Source: Sphagnum compactum (lineage: Eukaryota). From it: a stretch of 64,000 bases of DNA. The stretch covers positions 24,604,213 to 24,668,212 of the forward strand of contig OZ234493.1 in NCBI GenBank assembly GCA_965153455.1, given 5' to 3'. The stretch's first letter is position 1, and every line of letters begins with the position of its first letter. A program made the position numbers and the translations under genes. Under the pieces are notes generated by a model that saw only the letters and a program-made list of their open reading frames with translations, was not told the origin of the DNA and did not search any database. Of the stretch, positions 1 to 11,321 are shown piece after piece.

Positions 1-102
1 GCAACATCTGAGAAGAATGCTGAGCAGCTACTAGATCAATTGATAAATCCACGGTTCAGTCACAAGCGTCCCCGAAAGAGTCAGCAATCCCCTCGACGCT
101 GA
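1..102 (+). CDS. Probable 3' end (last exon) of an unidentified gene entering from the left edge
   Basis: Frame +1 is open from base 1: ATSEKNAEQLLDQLINPRFSHKRPRKSQQSPRR, then TGA at 100-102. Composition is protein-like with a basic KRPRK patch, followed by UTR-like sequence. Family not recognised. Confidence 0.45.
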   Translation, partial: ATSEKNAEQLLDQLINPRFSHKRPRKSQQSPRR

Positions 103-629
103 ACAAATGGAACTGGTAACATTCTGTCCTTCAGGTTGAGTGCCATTATAGACACAATTCTGAAGATAGGCTTGTGCTCTCTGCAGCTGCTTACATTCAC
201 AAGAAAATCAACTTCATTTTTTTTGAGAGTTTGCTGAATGGCATGTCAGACCAGTAATCACTGCAGGCTGTCTGCCATTGCTGCAATTAAGAAGGCGCAA
301 TAGATAGGTTCATGGTTCAGGTTGTAAGGTTTTGGGTTGTAGTTCTGGATAGTTCCAACCATGGGATTAGTGTCAGGGATTAGGGATTGATAATGGTATT
401 TGTTGAATGCATACTCCTGGTGGCAATTGCTGATATCATGTTACCTGTTCGAATCAAAGATTTCACCAATGCAAATGTATGTGACAATGCATACTTTTAA
501 AGCTATGGACAAAGGTTTGGTTCAAGCAGGAAGTGCTGAAGGTTACTGCGAACTATCCTGCAGGCCATGAGATTGTATGGACAGGACGACTTTAATCCAC
601 TTCTAGTTTCTCAAATTCTCCTTTGTTAC

Positions 630-1680
630 TGGGGAACTGTTAGTAAAGGAGTCCCCTTCCCTATGGCCTTCTAGCACTGCAGTAGTCTGCTTGATTTTTG
701 CAGAAGGAAGAAGTCTCCTTTCATTGTATTTTATGGAAATATGATTTTGGCATAACCCTCAATCATCCAAAGAATGGATGCTTGTGTATGTTATTTTCCT
801 TCTTACTTTGGTCAGTCTGCTTGTTCTGTGAAAAAGGTTCTCCAACCTCACTCCTCAAGTGAGTGGGGATTAGATCTTCCAAGTTCACTACTGAGACTGA
901 TTTTGTCACAAAATTTCTGGCATCGTGGTACTGATACTATTGTCTGGACTCTGCTGCTCGAAGCTTCAAATGTATATGTTGAGTATCCACTTACCTGGTT
1001 ATTGAGAAACCCTACCTAGTAACCATCATTGAATGTTGAACCCACAACTTGTGGAAATTAGGCATGACCCATTGATGCCCTTGTCACTAATGAACAGTTG
1101 TTTTGGTGCAAGGATCAGTTTAGGCAATTTTTGGAACCAGCATATTCATTCTGGATATGGATAAAGAAGATTTCATATTGGAATTTGGATATGAGATCAA
1201 TGAGCATTGTCTTCAAAATTCTCTTCTCCTCCCCTACCCTCCACCTTAGCCTCTTGTTGACATTCTTCTTGAGGGATGTCTTGCATTTTACTGAAAGAGA
1301 AATGATAAAATTCTTACGCACCGTCTGAAGCAGGCTAGCTTACTGTAGACCCATTTTGTGTCTGAGGAGCAAGTCATTAGTGAAATAAGATGGCATCAGG
1401 TTGTATCTTGCTACAATGCTCAAGGAATTGGTGTAACTGAAGAACTGCAAAGATGTCAAATGTATGCACTAATGGATGACTCCATTTTAGACATAAAGTT
1501 GGGGCTTTTATGAACTAGCGAGTCTTGGGAATTTGACCATAATTTGATCTGAACAAAACTTTCAGTGTATTATCAAGTTTTTGGAAGTCTGGTTTAGCTC
1601 TTTCAATTGTAATCAATGTTTGTGTTCAGTTATGTTTCACCGGTAATTTTATCCTATTGGTTATTAAAAGGTCATGGCCT
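630..1680 (-). mobile_element. Highly degraded LINE (L1-like) ORF2 remnant, endonuclease end and linker
   Basis: Minus-strand fragments with many stops resemble L1 ORF2 motifs in the expected order: TFNNQ (FTW.N), NIDY (RIDY), SDQIMV (SDH.PV), then ILWMIEGYAK (W...GD..TKYF). Recognised by eye only. Confidence 0.3.
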
Positions 1681-2992
1681 TCAGTTCATTGAGTAGAATT
1701 GCTTCAATGGCAAAAGCCAATTGTAAATGTAAAAATCATGTTGGTTTGAACATGGAATTGTATCCTTGACGTAATGGATCATGTGATCCTAATTGCACAT
1801 GTTGCTTTGCATTTTTGGTTTTTGGCCACTATTGTGCATAATATTTTCTTGGCTCATTCCACTAGTTTGCTAGTGTCAAGCTTGCATGGAGTGGTGTACT
1901 AAGATTTGATTGTTCAACACATCAACAAGTCTTCCACACCATCTTCATTATGGAATTCCAGTCCATTGCCAACAATGATTTAAAAATGGGATCCCATGCC
2001 ATCTTATAAACATTCAATAATAATATTATCCACAATGAATGATTTTTATGCTAGTGGGAAAATCTCATAAGGGCTATAAGATATATTATGTTTGCATCCC
2101 GAGGAGTTGTTCTTTGATAATTATGGGTTTTGAAAAGTTGGGACACAAATGCCTAAATGACATTCTAGGCTTCTCAAGTGGCATCAGCACTCAACTCTAT
2201 AATTTTGACAATAGGAAGTATTTCAAATACCTAGGTTGTAGTCACCAATGGTTCATGACTTGGAGAGAGGTGTGAGACTTTAAGGAGGACTAGGATGGAG
2301 TGTTATGTTTCACATGTATTTCTTGGTCACTTCAATTGCACAAGCATACAAAGATGGTGGTTAGTGTAATTTTGAACTTGAATTAGGTCACATGAGTTCA
2401 ATAGACTCCATCATATAGCCCAAACTCTTATGGGAGGTGCTACTCTCCTTATATTATATTTTGTATGTCCCAACTTCCAACACAAATAGCAAAACGTCAA
2501 AACTCTAAGGATTCCCAAATGTATTTTTTCCTGGATTCGAACCCTTGACTTCATGGTTCGGAACCTGAACTTTCAGAAAATTTATTTGTCAAACAACTCT
2601 TTCAAGCAAATGGATCAGGTTTAAGGCAGAAGAGGTGCACAATTCCAACTTAACTGCCTACAATGGGTGTTGGGCAAAAAGAAATCAAACCCAGTCATAA
2701 GCATGTAATCCGAACCCAACATTAGAGTACCTTTACAATCAAGGTACCACAACAGACCCAAGCATAAAATGATTTTTTATGCTGGGGTCAGTACAGGAAC
2801 CAGGACTAGTCTGAAGCCAACATTAGGGTAAATATACAATCAGGGTACCACAACAAGAACCAAGAACAGAACAGGACTAGTCAGGTCCAAACCCATCTGG
2901 ATCACAACTGGTTATTTGACATAGTACATAGATTTACACTGCTAAGAATGACATGTGTAGTGCAGAGATCTCAACAGAATTTGAACTCTTAC

Positions 2993-3314
2993 CCACACAA
3001 TTTTCTTTTGGATGGTTGGCAAAGAATTCACATCCAGCTTCAATTCTTGCGAATTTCCACTTCTCTCAATTGAAGGATGTTCAATCCCTACAAGAGATGA
3101 GTCCAAGAGCTCCATGAGAGGCCCAAGTGCCCCCTCTCCTGCTGTCTCCAACACAGTGCAGCTTCCTAGCAGAGTTCCTGTGGGCATCCCATGATGCTTT
3201 CTCACATACTCTTCCCACTAAAACCTCGGTTGGATTTTCTGCTACACCATGAAACTTCTTGAAGCCTGTGATGTGGAACTCAATGAAACTTGTGGGTGCT
3301 GCTTCTGATCCCAT
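2993..3314 (-). pseudogene. Pyroglutamyl peptidase I (pyrrolidone-carboxylate peptidase, peptidase C15) pseudogene, first coding exon only
   Basis: MGSEAAPTSFIEFHITGFKKFHGVAENPTEVLVG matches the plant C15 N-terminus (HITGFKKFHGVAENPTE). Homology continues in a different frame after about 3212 (EYVRKHHGMPTGTLLGSCTVLETAGEGALGPL...KKIVW), ending at a GTAAGA donor at 2992. No downstream catalytic exons (VHFGV..., DAGRFVCNYVYY) were recognised in 1-2990. Confidence 0.8.
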
Positions 3315-3549
3315 GATCTCCCTTGTACCTGCCTGCTGCCTGCTGTCTGTGCCTGAAACTCAACAGCTGCTCCTGTTGCTCCTCCTCTGCACTATTTCAA
3401 AGCACTGTGTCTGGTTGTAAGCACAAAAAAAACTTCGAGTGCAAGAGGACAACAACAGTTTTTAGTTGTGGGTTGCAAAGAGGAAGCCTGAAGGAGAGAA
3501 TTTTACTGAACCCTGCACACCTAAGAGAAAAGCCTATCTGAAAAATTGT

Positions 3550-4320
3550 AATTGCTGTGGAAGCTTGAGACAGGAACTGATATTGCCATGAAGAATCCGG
3601 AGATATATCATACTGTCAGCATGTGTCTTGCAAATTCACACTAAATTCAAGTGTGAATTTGCATGGCCAAAGGGTGAAAGAACAGCAAGCAATTTTGTCT
3701 AACATCTGAAGAAAACCTAAAAGTTTCTCCCTTGAATCTATGGTTTTTTTCACTTGCAAATGAAGCTCATGGGGGTCAAATTCAAGCATACAATAACACT
3801 GTATGATGAATGAGTGTAAAATTTCCCCATGAGGAGGGGAGTCCTCAGATGTCTGCGGAGTGACTTCAGTCTGGAAAATAGTGTCAAATTTCCTTGACTT
3901 CTCTAGCAGAAAAAATTCCAGGATACAAAACAAAATCCTCTCAACTATTTAGCATACCCAGCACCATCAAACATGAGGCAGGTAGAAATCATTGATCTTT
4001 GACTTAGCCTATGAAAAGATTTCAAAATAGGTTTGGTTTGCAGAAGGCAAACAAACATCTCATCAAAGCTCCTCATCCATCAAACCATTCTCTCTCCAAA
4101 GCCACAACTTAGTCATGATTTTGACCATCACCAAAGACTGAAAAAAGCTGCCACACACTTCTGAATTGCAGAATACTCGAAGGATCATGTAGATCCAAAG
4201 AGTCATGCACATTTCCACAAAGACCCAATTAGTTTCTCAAGAGGTTCCATCCATGCAAACTCCATTCTAAGACACATGATGCCCATAATATATATTACAC
4301 AGACTCACAAAATTTGAAGC
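3550..4320 (-). mobile_element. Degraded LINE reverse transcriptase C-terminal remnant
   Basis: Minus-strand translation with stops gives LRVFCNSEV and then KINDFYLPHV*WCWVC*IVERILFCILEF, resembling the post-RT LS.AGR..LI..VL.S...Y segment of plant L1 ORF2. Confidence 0.3.
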
Positions 4321-7317
4321 CCCTCAAAGGAAAACAAGGAACATCAACTTGTTTTGTGTTCTTTTCTTCTCTACAAAGTATTTCATTTACACTTTTGCAT
4401 ATTCAAATGACTTGTCTATATAACTAAAAGTTGGTATTTTGCACTCTCTTCCCCTTTTTGTTAGCTTTTACCCATTTACCCGTTTGTGACTTTTTCCATC
4501 TTCTCCCTTGCTCAATGCAAAGTAACCACTAATTATTAATTTCTCACATACAATTAAAAAACTAATCGGCAATTCCCCCCAAATATTATCTAAAAATAAT
4601 TATCAATTATCATATTTGTTTTTTCTTATCATCACCTTTCTATTGTCACAATGTCAAAATTGAATATTTTTGATCACTTGGATCACACCAACCCATAATC
4701 CAATTCAATTTAGGTCACTATCACATTGAATAAAAGATTAATTCTCTTTAAATCTTCTCTTCATATGATTTTTATGAGTTTCTTGACATAATCAATACAC
4801 AACGTTTTTTTTTATAATGTTTTCAAGAAGGGAAGATTCAATTTCTATGTAACAAAACTAATGGAAGTGAAAATGACTTCGTGGAAAATTTATATGGACC
4901 CCATGAAATGTTGTTTTGGTACCATAGACTTCAAGGAACAAATGATAATATATTAGTATTTTGACTTTATGTCAATTTGATTGATATTTGTAATTCGAAA
5001 CCCGAGTTGTTGTTATCATTACTTTTTGTTTTATTTGAGTTCATGTTGTTGATTGGGGACCATTATTGTGTTGATACACCTACTTCAACCTAGGTATAGC
5101 ATATATGTATGAAGAGAAAGATATATGTCATAAAGTATGAACTCACTTGTCTATTCAACAATATTCATTCTAAGTTAATTTAGGGCTTTAATACCAAAAT
5201 GGGTTTGGTTTTTAACAATTGTGGTATCGCTAACAATATCATTTTTCAAGCTTGTAGGTGCCAATGGCCAAAGCTAGATAGGAGTATGGCAAAAGATTAA
5301 GTATTCAAACTTTATTTGTTGTTCATTATTTGCAATTTTTTTATTATGAATTGCATCGGTTGTGCATTGTGTGCATGACATATTATTTTTTGTTTTATGC
5401 ATTTCAATTGTATGAATCAACTTCCAATATCATCTCATGCTCATACACACCCCCACATGAATTCAAAAAGAAAGAAATATCAATACCATATACAAGTAAA
5501 CAAATGGTAACAAAATAGGTGGCATATCAAAATCCAATTCAAAAATGAGATATTTTTAAACATGAACATAAAAAATAGATTCAATTGTCTTTAAAGTTTC
5601 ATTATAAAATCATTGGAGTCCTCCATTTGAATTTATGACAAATTAAACTTGAGGAATTTTAATATAATATATTAAACAAGCCAAAAATACACTTGAAATT
5701 GATTGGTCAATATGGTGTTCAAACAAATGTGGGACAAATGTGACAAATAGAGGTTTATACTTGCTTGGATATTAAGTTGATTTTCTTTTTGATCATTAGT
5801 GAATATCATATTAGGTGATAATTAAATTGATAGTTGAAAAATCAAGTTTTAGCTGAAAATTAAGGTCATTTCTATTTTCTCAAAATGTTAATATTACAAT
5901 TATGAGCAAAGGCCCTACACAAGTCTAGTTTTTAATGTAGGGGGCTCTAGGTAGCTAGGGTTTATGTCTATAGTTGTAGGTACGGTCTAAAGTTTATACG
6001 TTTTCAAAGTTTGAAATTTTAATGTTAACATGGCAAATAGGCTAAGATATCCAAAAAGCCGTGCAACAATTGTCTCGCAGGCCACAACATCCACATGAGT
6101 AAAAAGGCTCCATAGAAAAATAGAAAGGCATTATGAAAAATTTGAAATTTACAACAAAAAGTTTCTCATTTTGTTGAATATTAATTTTCTAATCTTGTAA
6201 TAATCAAGCTGTGAGAACCACCTTAAATAACTAAATGCTTTGAAATCGATGAAAATTGAAACCTTTGAGAACCAACTTTGTGAAAAAAAAAAAAATCCTA
6301 AAACCCAACTAGTTTTTTAAAGCTTGAATTTTAGTTTGTTTAATGAACTAGACTAGTTCTTAAAAGCTTTTTAAAAAAAATCAAAATCCATAGTTTAAAA
6401 TTTTAAAAAAAAGAAAAAGTGAGCATCACCCAACGTTGGTTCAAACCTGCTTTTACATTACAACATTTAATGAAATAAATATATACCAAATTAAAATATA
6501 AAAATCATCATATATTCAAAGTGTGTCATCAAATGATTTTTCAATTTTTATTGTTACAATGTACTTGACACATAATTCAAACAAAAGTTCACATTACAAA
6601 AAAGAATTTCACCAATATTTATATTTTAAAAAACAGATTGAAACAATGCAAATTATAAGAATTAGTGGAATCGTAAGGAAGAATCACCTTATTTCTAACA
6701 TTAACATGAAAAAACTCAAATAGTGTTACCACAAAAGCATGAACATGAGTCTAAATGGATAGATAGACTCGCCTTCATTACATCATGCTATGTTCAACTT
6801 GATCTATGTGCTAACAATTGCACTACATTCACAAATAATGTATATATTGAAATTCATGTATGCACAATATATGGGAACACTTTTCACATCTCAACTAGTA
6901 AAAAGTAAAAGACTAATTAAACATTTTGTGATTAAAAATGAAATCAATGCTTGGCCTCCTCTTAGTAGGTGCTCCCATCTAAAATCATAAAATGGTAAAT
7001 AAATTAAACAATAAGGACATTGGCATCAATCATGTACTAAAGTAGTCCTTAGAATCTCAAGACTCATTACCATCTTCGCAACACACACGAACCCATGGAT
7101 GATAATCTCACACTTGATCACAAAATTCTTGAATTGTTTCCAATAAAAATGTCAAAATTACATGTGCATATGCTTAACTAGGTCTCATTACCTGTAGCAG
7201 CCTATTTTAAACTGGCAACTACTATATCGCCAGAATGAAAATTTTTAAATAAAATAAAGTAAAGTGATTTTGAAAATTTTCAGTAGCCGTAGATATGTGA
7301 TGATTTTTTTAGTTTTC

Positions 7318-7890
7318 AGCTACCTCCTAGGAGCTAGGCTCGAGTCTGGGCTCGAGTCCGGTTTTCACTTTCCCAGCTATCCCAGCTAGGAGCTAGGCTC
7401 GAGTCTGAGCTCGAGTCCAGTTTCCACTTTCCCAACTATCCCAACCAGCTAGGAGGTAGCTCCTAGCTGGTAGGAGCTACCTCCTAGCTGGTAGGAGCTA
7501 CCTCCTAGCTGGTAGGCTCGATCGAGTCTGGGCTGGAGTGCTCTCGATCTCGAGTCCGGTTTCCCAAAATCCCAGTTAGCTAGCTAGGAGGTAGCTCGTG
7601 GCTGCTAGGCTCCGAGCCAGCTAGGAGCTAGCCCGTGGCTGCTAGGCTCGATCGAGTCCCATACCAGTTAGCTAGGTTCGAGCCTAGCTAGGAGGTAGCT
7701 CGTGGCTGCTAGTCCAGTTTCCACTTTCCCAACTATCCCAACCAGCTAGGAGGTAGCTCCTAGCTGGTAGGCTCGATCGGGTAGCTCCTGGCTGCTAGGT
7801 TCGATCTCGAGTCCGGTTTCCCAAACCAGCTAGCGGGTACCCATCCAGCTAGCTAGGAGGATCAGGATCGAGTCCCAACCACTCCCGAGT
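7318..7890. repeat. GC-rich mosaic repeat built from AGCT/CTAG/TCGA palindromic modules
   Basis: Recurrent modules CCAGCTAGGAGGTAGCTC, GGCTCGA(TCGA)GTC and TTTCCACTTTCCCAACTATCCC. Perfect 22-bp inverted repeat at 7444-7465/7471-7492. A roughly 60-bp block at 7415-7474 is repeated at 7712-7771. Confidence 0.9.
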
Positions 7891-8049
7891 CCTTTCTCGT
7901 CTCATAGGCTGTGCTTGGCCGTATGTTCTGAAGAGAAAGAAGAGTATAAGACCTGGGGATGATTGTGTGTGGAGATCAATATGGTTTTGATCGAAAACAA
8001 ATACTTTACCGGCTCACAGTTTCGCGAGAGTCCTTTGAATTAGCATCAG

Positions 8050-8613
8050 ATGGGTGCAGGAATCAGTTTCATGAGTGCAGACGTTGCAACACCACCAAGG
8101 AGCGAATGGCAGGCACTAGCGTCAAGCTTAGCTTCGGATTCTGCGACGCTGATGTCAAGGTTGGTCCTTTTCTTCATTTTCATCACCATCGCTGCCTGTG
8201 GCCTGCATCTCCACATGCGGAAGCGGTTATCAAGAAGCGATGAAGGTATGTTACTAAATGCAAAACCAGTCCCATGAGAGCAAAGCAAGCTAGCGTTTGT
8301 AACTGGGCTAATCTTGAATCTGAATTAATATTTTGCCAGCTATTCATTGTCGACGACACTTGCGTACGCATCCTAGTTCTATGTATTGATACCAGATGTA
8401 ACTGACTGTGTTTAAATAATCTCTGCCTGTTGATGGGTCGGAACTGCAGGCCACACAGGAGAAGAGCCACCGGAAGAGATCGAGATGAACGATTTGCATT
8501 ATTCAGCTGAAGGACCTTCTTCTTTCACTGGTGCTGTTGCGGAGTCTATTTTGTCCGCAGCAAATACCGTGTCACTGGATGTGGTTTCCATTGCCATGGA
8601 TGCTTCCAGCTAA
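8050..8613 (+). CDS. Candidate small single-pass membrane protein (119 aa), 2 coding exons, no recognised family
   Basis: Exon 8050-8245 ends at GAAG|GTATGT and exon 8450-8613 starts at TGCAG|G. The phase-1 junction joins in frame: ...RLVLFFIFITIAACGLHLHMRKRLSRSDEGHTGEEPPEEIEMNDLHYSAEG...MDASS*. A hydrophobic helix is followed by a basic stop-transfer MRKR. A possible upstream 13-nt exon lies at 7908-7920. Confidence 0.45.
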
Positions 8614-10941
8614 ACCAGCTCCAGTGCTTTCACTTATTAGAGGTCTGCTTTTCTGGTGTTGTAAATAAGAGTGTCTCTTCCTTCATGTTTATGGCAACCT
8701 CAGAGAGCGGATCGGCCAGACGTGCTTCTAGTTATAAATAAAGATGTGTCTTCCTTGACATGCTCGTAGAGCTGATCGACTAGACCTGTTTATAAGCAAA
8801 TATCTTATTAGTCTACCGAACTCTGTGTAGTGAGATATGAAAGCAGAACGTGTATTGACATAATTGGACATTAAAGTATGTTTTTTGGCTAGATCAGTTG
8901 TTTGGTTGTATCTTTTAATGTTGGAATTTCAAAGGGGCTTTTTTTCTATTTCCAATTGGCTATGTATATATATTATTCATGCTTTCAATATCTGGGCTCC
9001 ATTTTGCTTTCCTTCATTTTACTACTGTAAAGCTCCCTGTGTTCGGATGCGGTGAGTTCCAGGTTTTCTTTACTTGGGTGTGAGATTTTTGGGTTAGTTT
9101 GGCCACTTTCATTGAATGATCACCACTTTCGCAACAAACAGAAGGAATTCCTCTAAAAACAGTGACTTGTACACTATGTTTGCTATAAGATTGGACACAT
9201 GGATGCCATGGATCCCAGTAGTTGTGTACATTGCTTGTAACAAAATTTCACTATCTATTAATGGTTGCCATTTTCTCACACCAAATTGTTGAAAGTAAAA
9301 GAAGAAGAAGAATTGCACATCCATATTAAAAACCATAAAAAACCAAAGGAAGCATCATCACACCCCATGTCACAATCACATAAAATCTTTAACAAAAGAT
9401 GTACTATAAATATGAAACCCAAGTAAGTTTTAACCAGCAGATGTGCAGGTATCAGAAATGGAACCAAAACCCTAGTGGTTTATCAGGGGCAGCACTTGCT
9501 TGGATCTCACAAGTTGCTACCCAAAAAATCAGAGAACCAGTTCTGATAGTCAAAGAACTATTAAGAACCTACTATTCTTTGCTGGTTCCTTCACCGAATC
9601 TGCGGTTTGAGTTTTTGAAATACCCAAAAATCGTAAGTTCTTTGATTCAGATTTTTTTTTCTCCCAAAAAGTACAACCTGCAGTTCTTCGGTTTTAACAT
9701 TTTCAAGAACTGAAACCAAGGAAAATCAAATGCCCACAAAACACACCCTAAAACATTTCACCCAACATTAAGAACATTGATAAAAATTGATAAGAATATT
9801 GAACAAAATTTGATGACATTGAAATGAAATTGGTTTCCTAGATGAAATTAACCATATACAGGATATTGGCTACATGGAAGATATTTCATCCATATTGTGA
9901 AATTTCATTAGGATTCATCACTTTCATGGTCACTTTCATCCATGTGGCACCACACCTTTCAACAAGTTCATGTTGTCAGGTTCATCTATATTGTCCTTTC
10001 ATTCATTTTCATGAGTATGTGTTAGTTTTACTACCAAATTCAATTTCATCCAAGTTGTCAAATTTTGTTTATATATAAATTCAATTAGGTGTGGCTAGTT
10101 AATTTCATGTGATCAACTTCATCCATGAACATAGTCCCATGCATCATCAAGTTCTATTGATACACCAATTACATGTGTGATAAATTCCATTCATGCAACA
10201 CAAATTTCATTTGTATTGAAAATTTCACCCAAATCTTTTAAATATATTGATGTGATCACATTCATCTATGCATACAGAGTTGCATTTTTTTTAATCACTA
10301 AATCATCCACAAACAGAATTTTCATTTATTCGGTATTCATTGTTAATATTTATTTGAAGTTTTCTTTTATACATGTTGTCAAATTTCACTTGTTTGAAAA
10401 CTATTCTTTAATTTTCACACCCTTCCTTTTCTCTCATATTTTTTCTTTTCCCCCCTCTCCCCTACTTCCCCTGTTTCCCTTTTATCTCGTGATTTGGTGA
10501 CAAATTTTCACTAATTTGTGAAGTATTTAAATTTTTTTTGGAGGATTTCCTTGATTTTGACTTCTGTATCGCCTTTCGAACTATGAATCAACCTTAAGTA
10601 ACTCTCTAAATAGCTCTCAGATATCCCCTACCTTAAGGAATTTTTTACTCATACAAGTAGGTTGTATGTAGCCCCCAGGTGGTTTTTAGGTACCCCATAA
10701 CCTAAGTAGATTCCTAGGTGTTTCCTTAAATAATTCTCTAAACAAGTCTTCTGTACTTTCTTATGTAAACTTTTGATAACCCCTAGATAACCTTCTAGTA
10801 AGCTCTATGTAACCTCTTAAGTAGCCCTTACATCTCATAGCTTAGGTATGTCTTTAGTTGTATCCTTGTATTCTTTAAGTGTAGGTCTTAAATAATCGTT
10901 TATCTAATCCTTAGAGATCCCATAACTTACATAGATCCTTA

Positions 10942-11321
10942 GAGCATCTCCACCGGTGCTCAGTATGTGACTCCAGACAGTAAAATTTATTGTGAAAAAG
11001 TTAAAATGTGCCGGTTTAGTTCAGAGAAATGGTTTTCCTGCGTTAAATTTGTACAGCTTGCCGCAGCTGGTAAAAGGCGCAACACAGTTGTGCACCTCCA
11101 AAGAAGAGTGTAATAAATTGGACGTGACGACGGCTCAGTATTTCTGATTAGTCAATCATAATGATTACTTCCAGGTGGTTTGCTATAAGTTGTCCCCAGG
11201 CATATGCAGTTCCGGTTACAGTTTTATTGGTGGTGTTGCCAAAAATAAAACAGCTAAACTTAGAAATTTTATTTTATTTTCTAGAGTTACATACTGAGAA
11301 CCGGTGTTTCTCTCAATGGCC
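10942..11321. mobile_element. Tourist/PIF-Harbinger-like MITE
   Basis: Starts GAGCATCTCCA after TTA (10939-10941) and ends ATGGCC before TTA (11322-11324). Subterminal inverted repeat ACCGGTGCTCAGTATGTGACTCCAGA / TCTAGAGTTACATACTGAGAACCGGT with 3 mismatches. No ORF. The right TIR is partly degenerate. Confidence 0.7.

Noticed and set aside
315..390. Telomere-like TTAGGG/AAACCCTA motifs here and scattered (e.g. 23290, 34243, 56488)
   Set aside because: Only 1-2 degenerate units each, not an interstitial telomere array.
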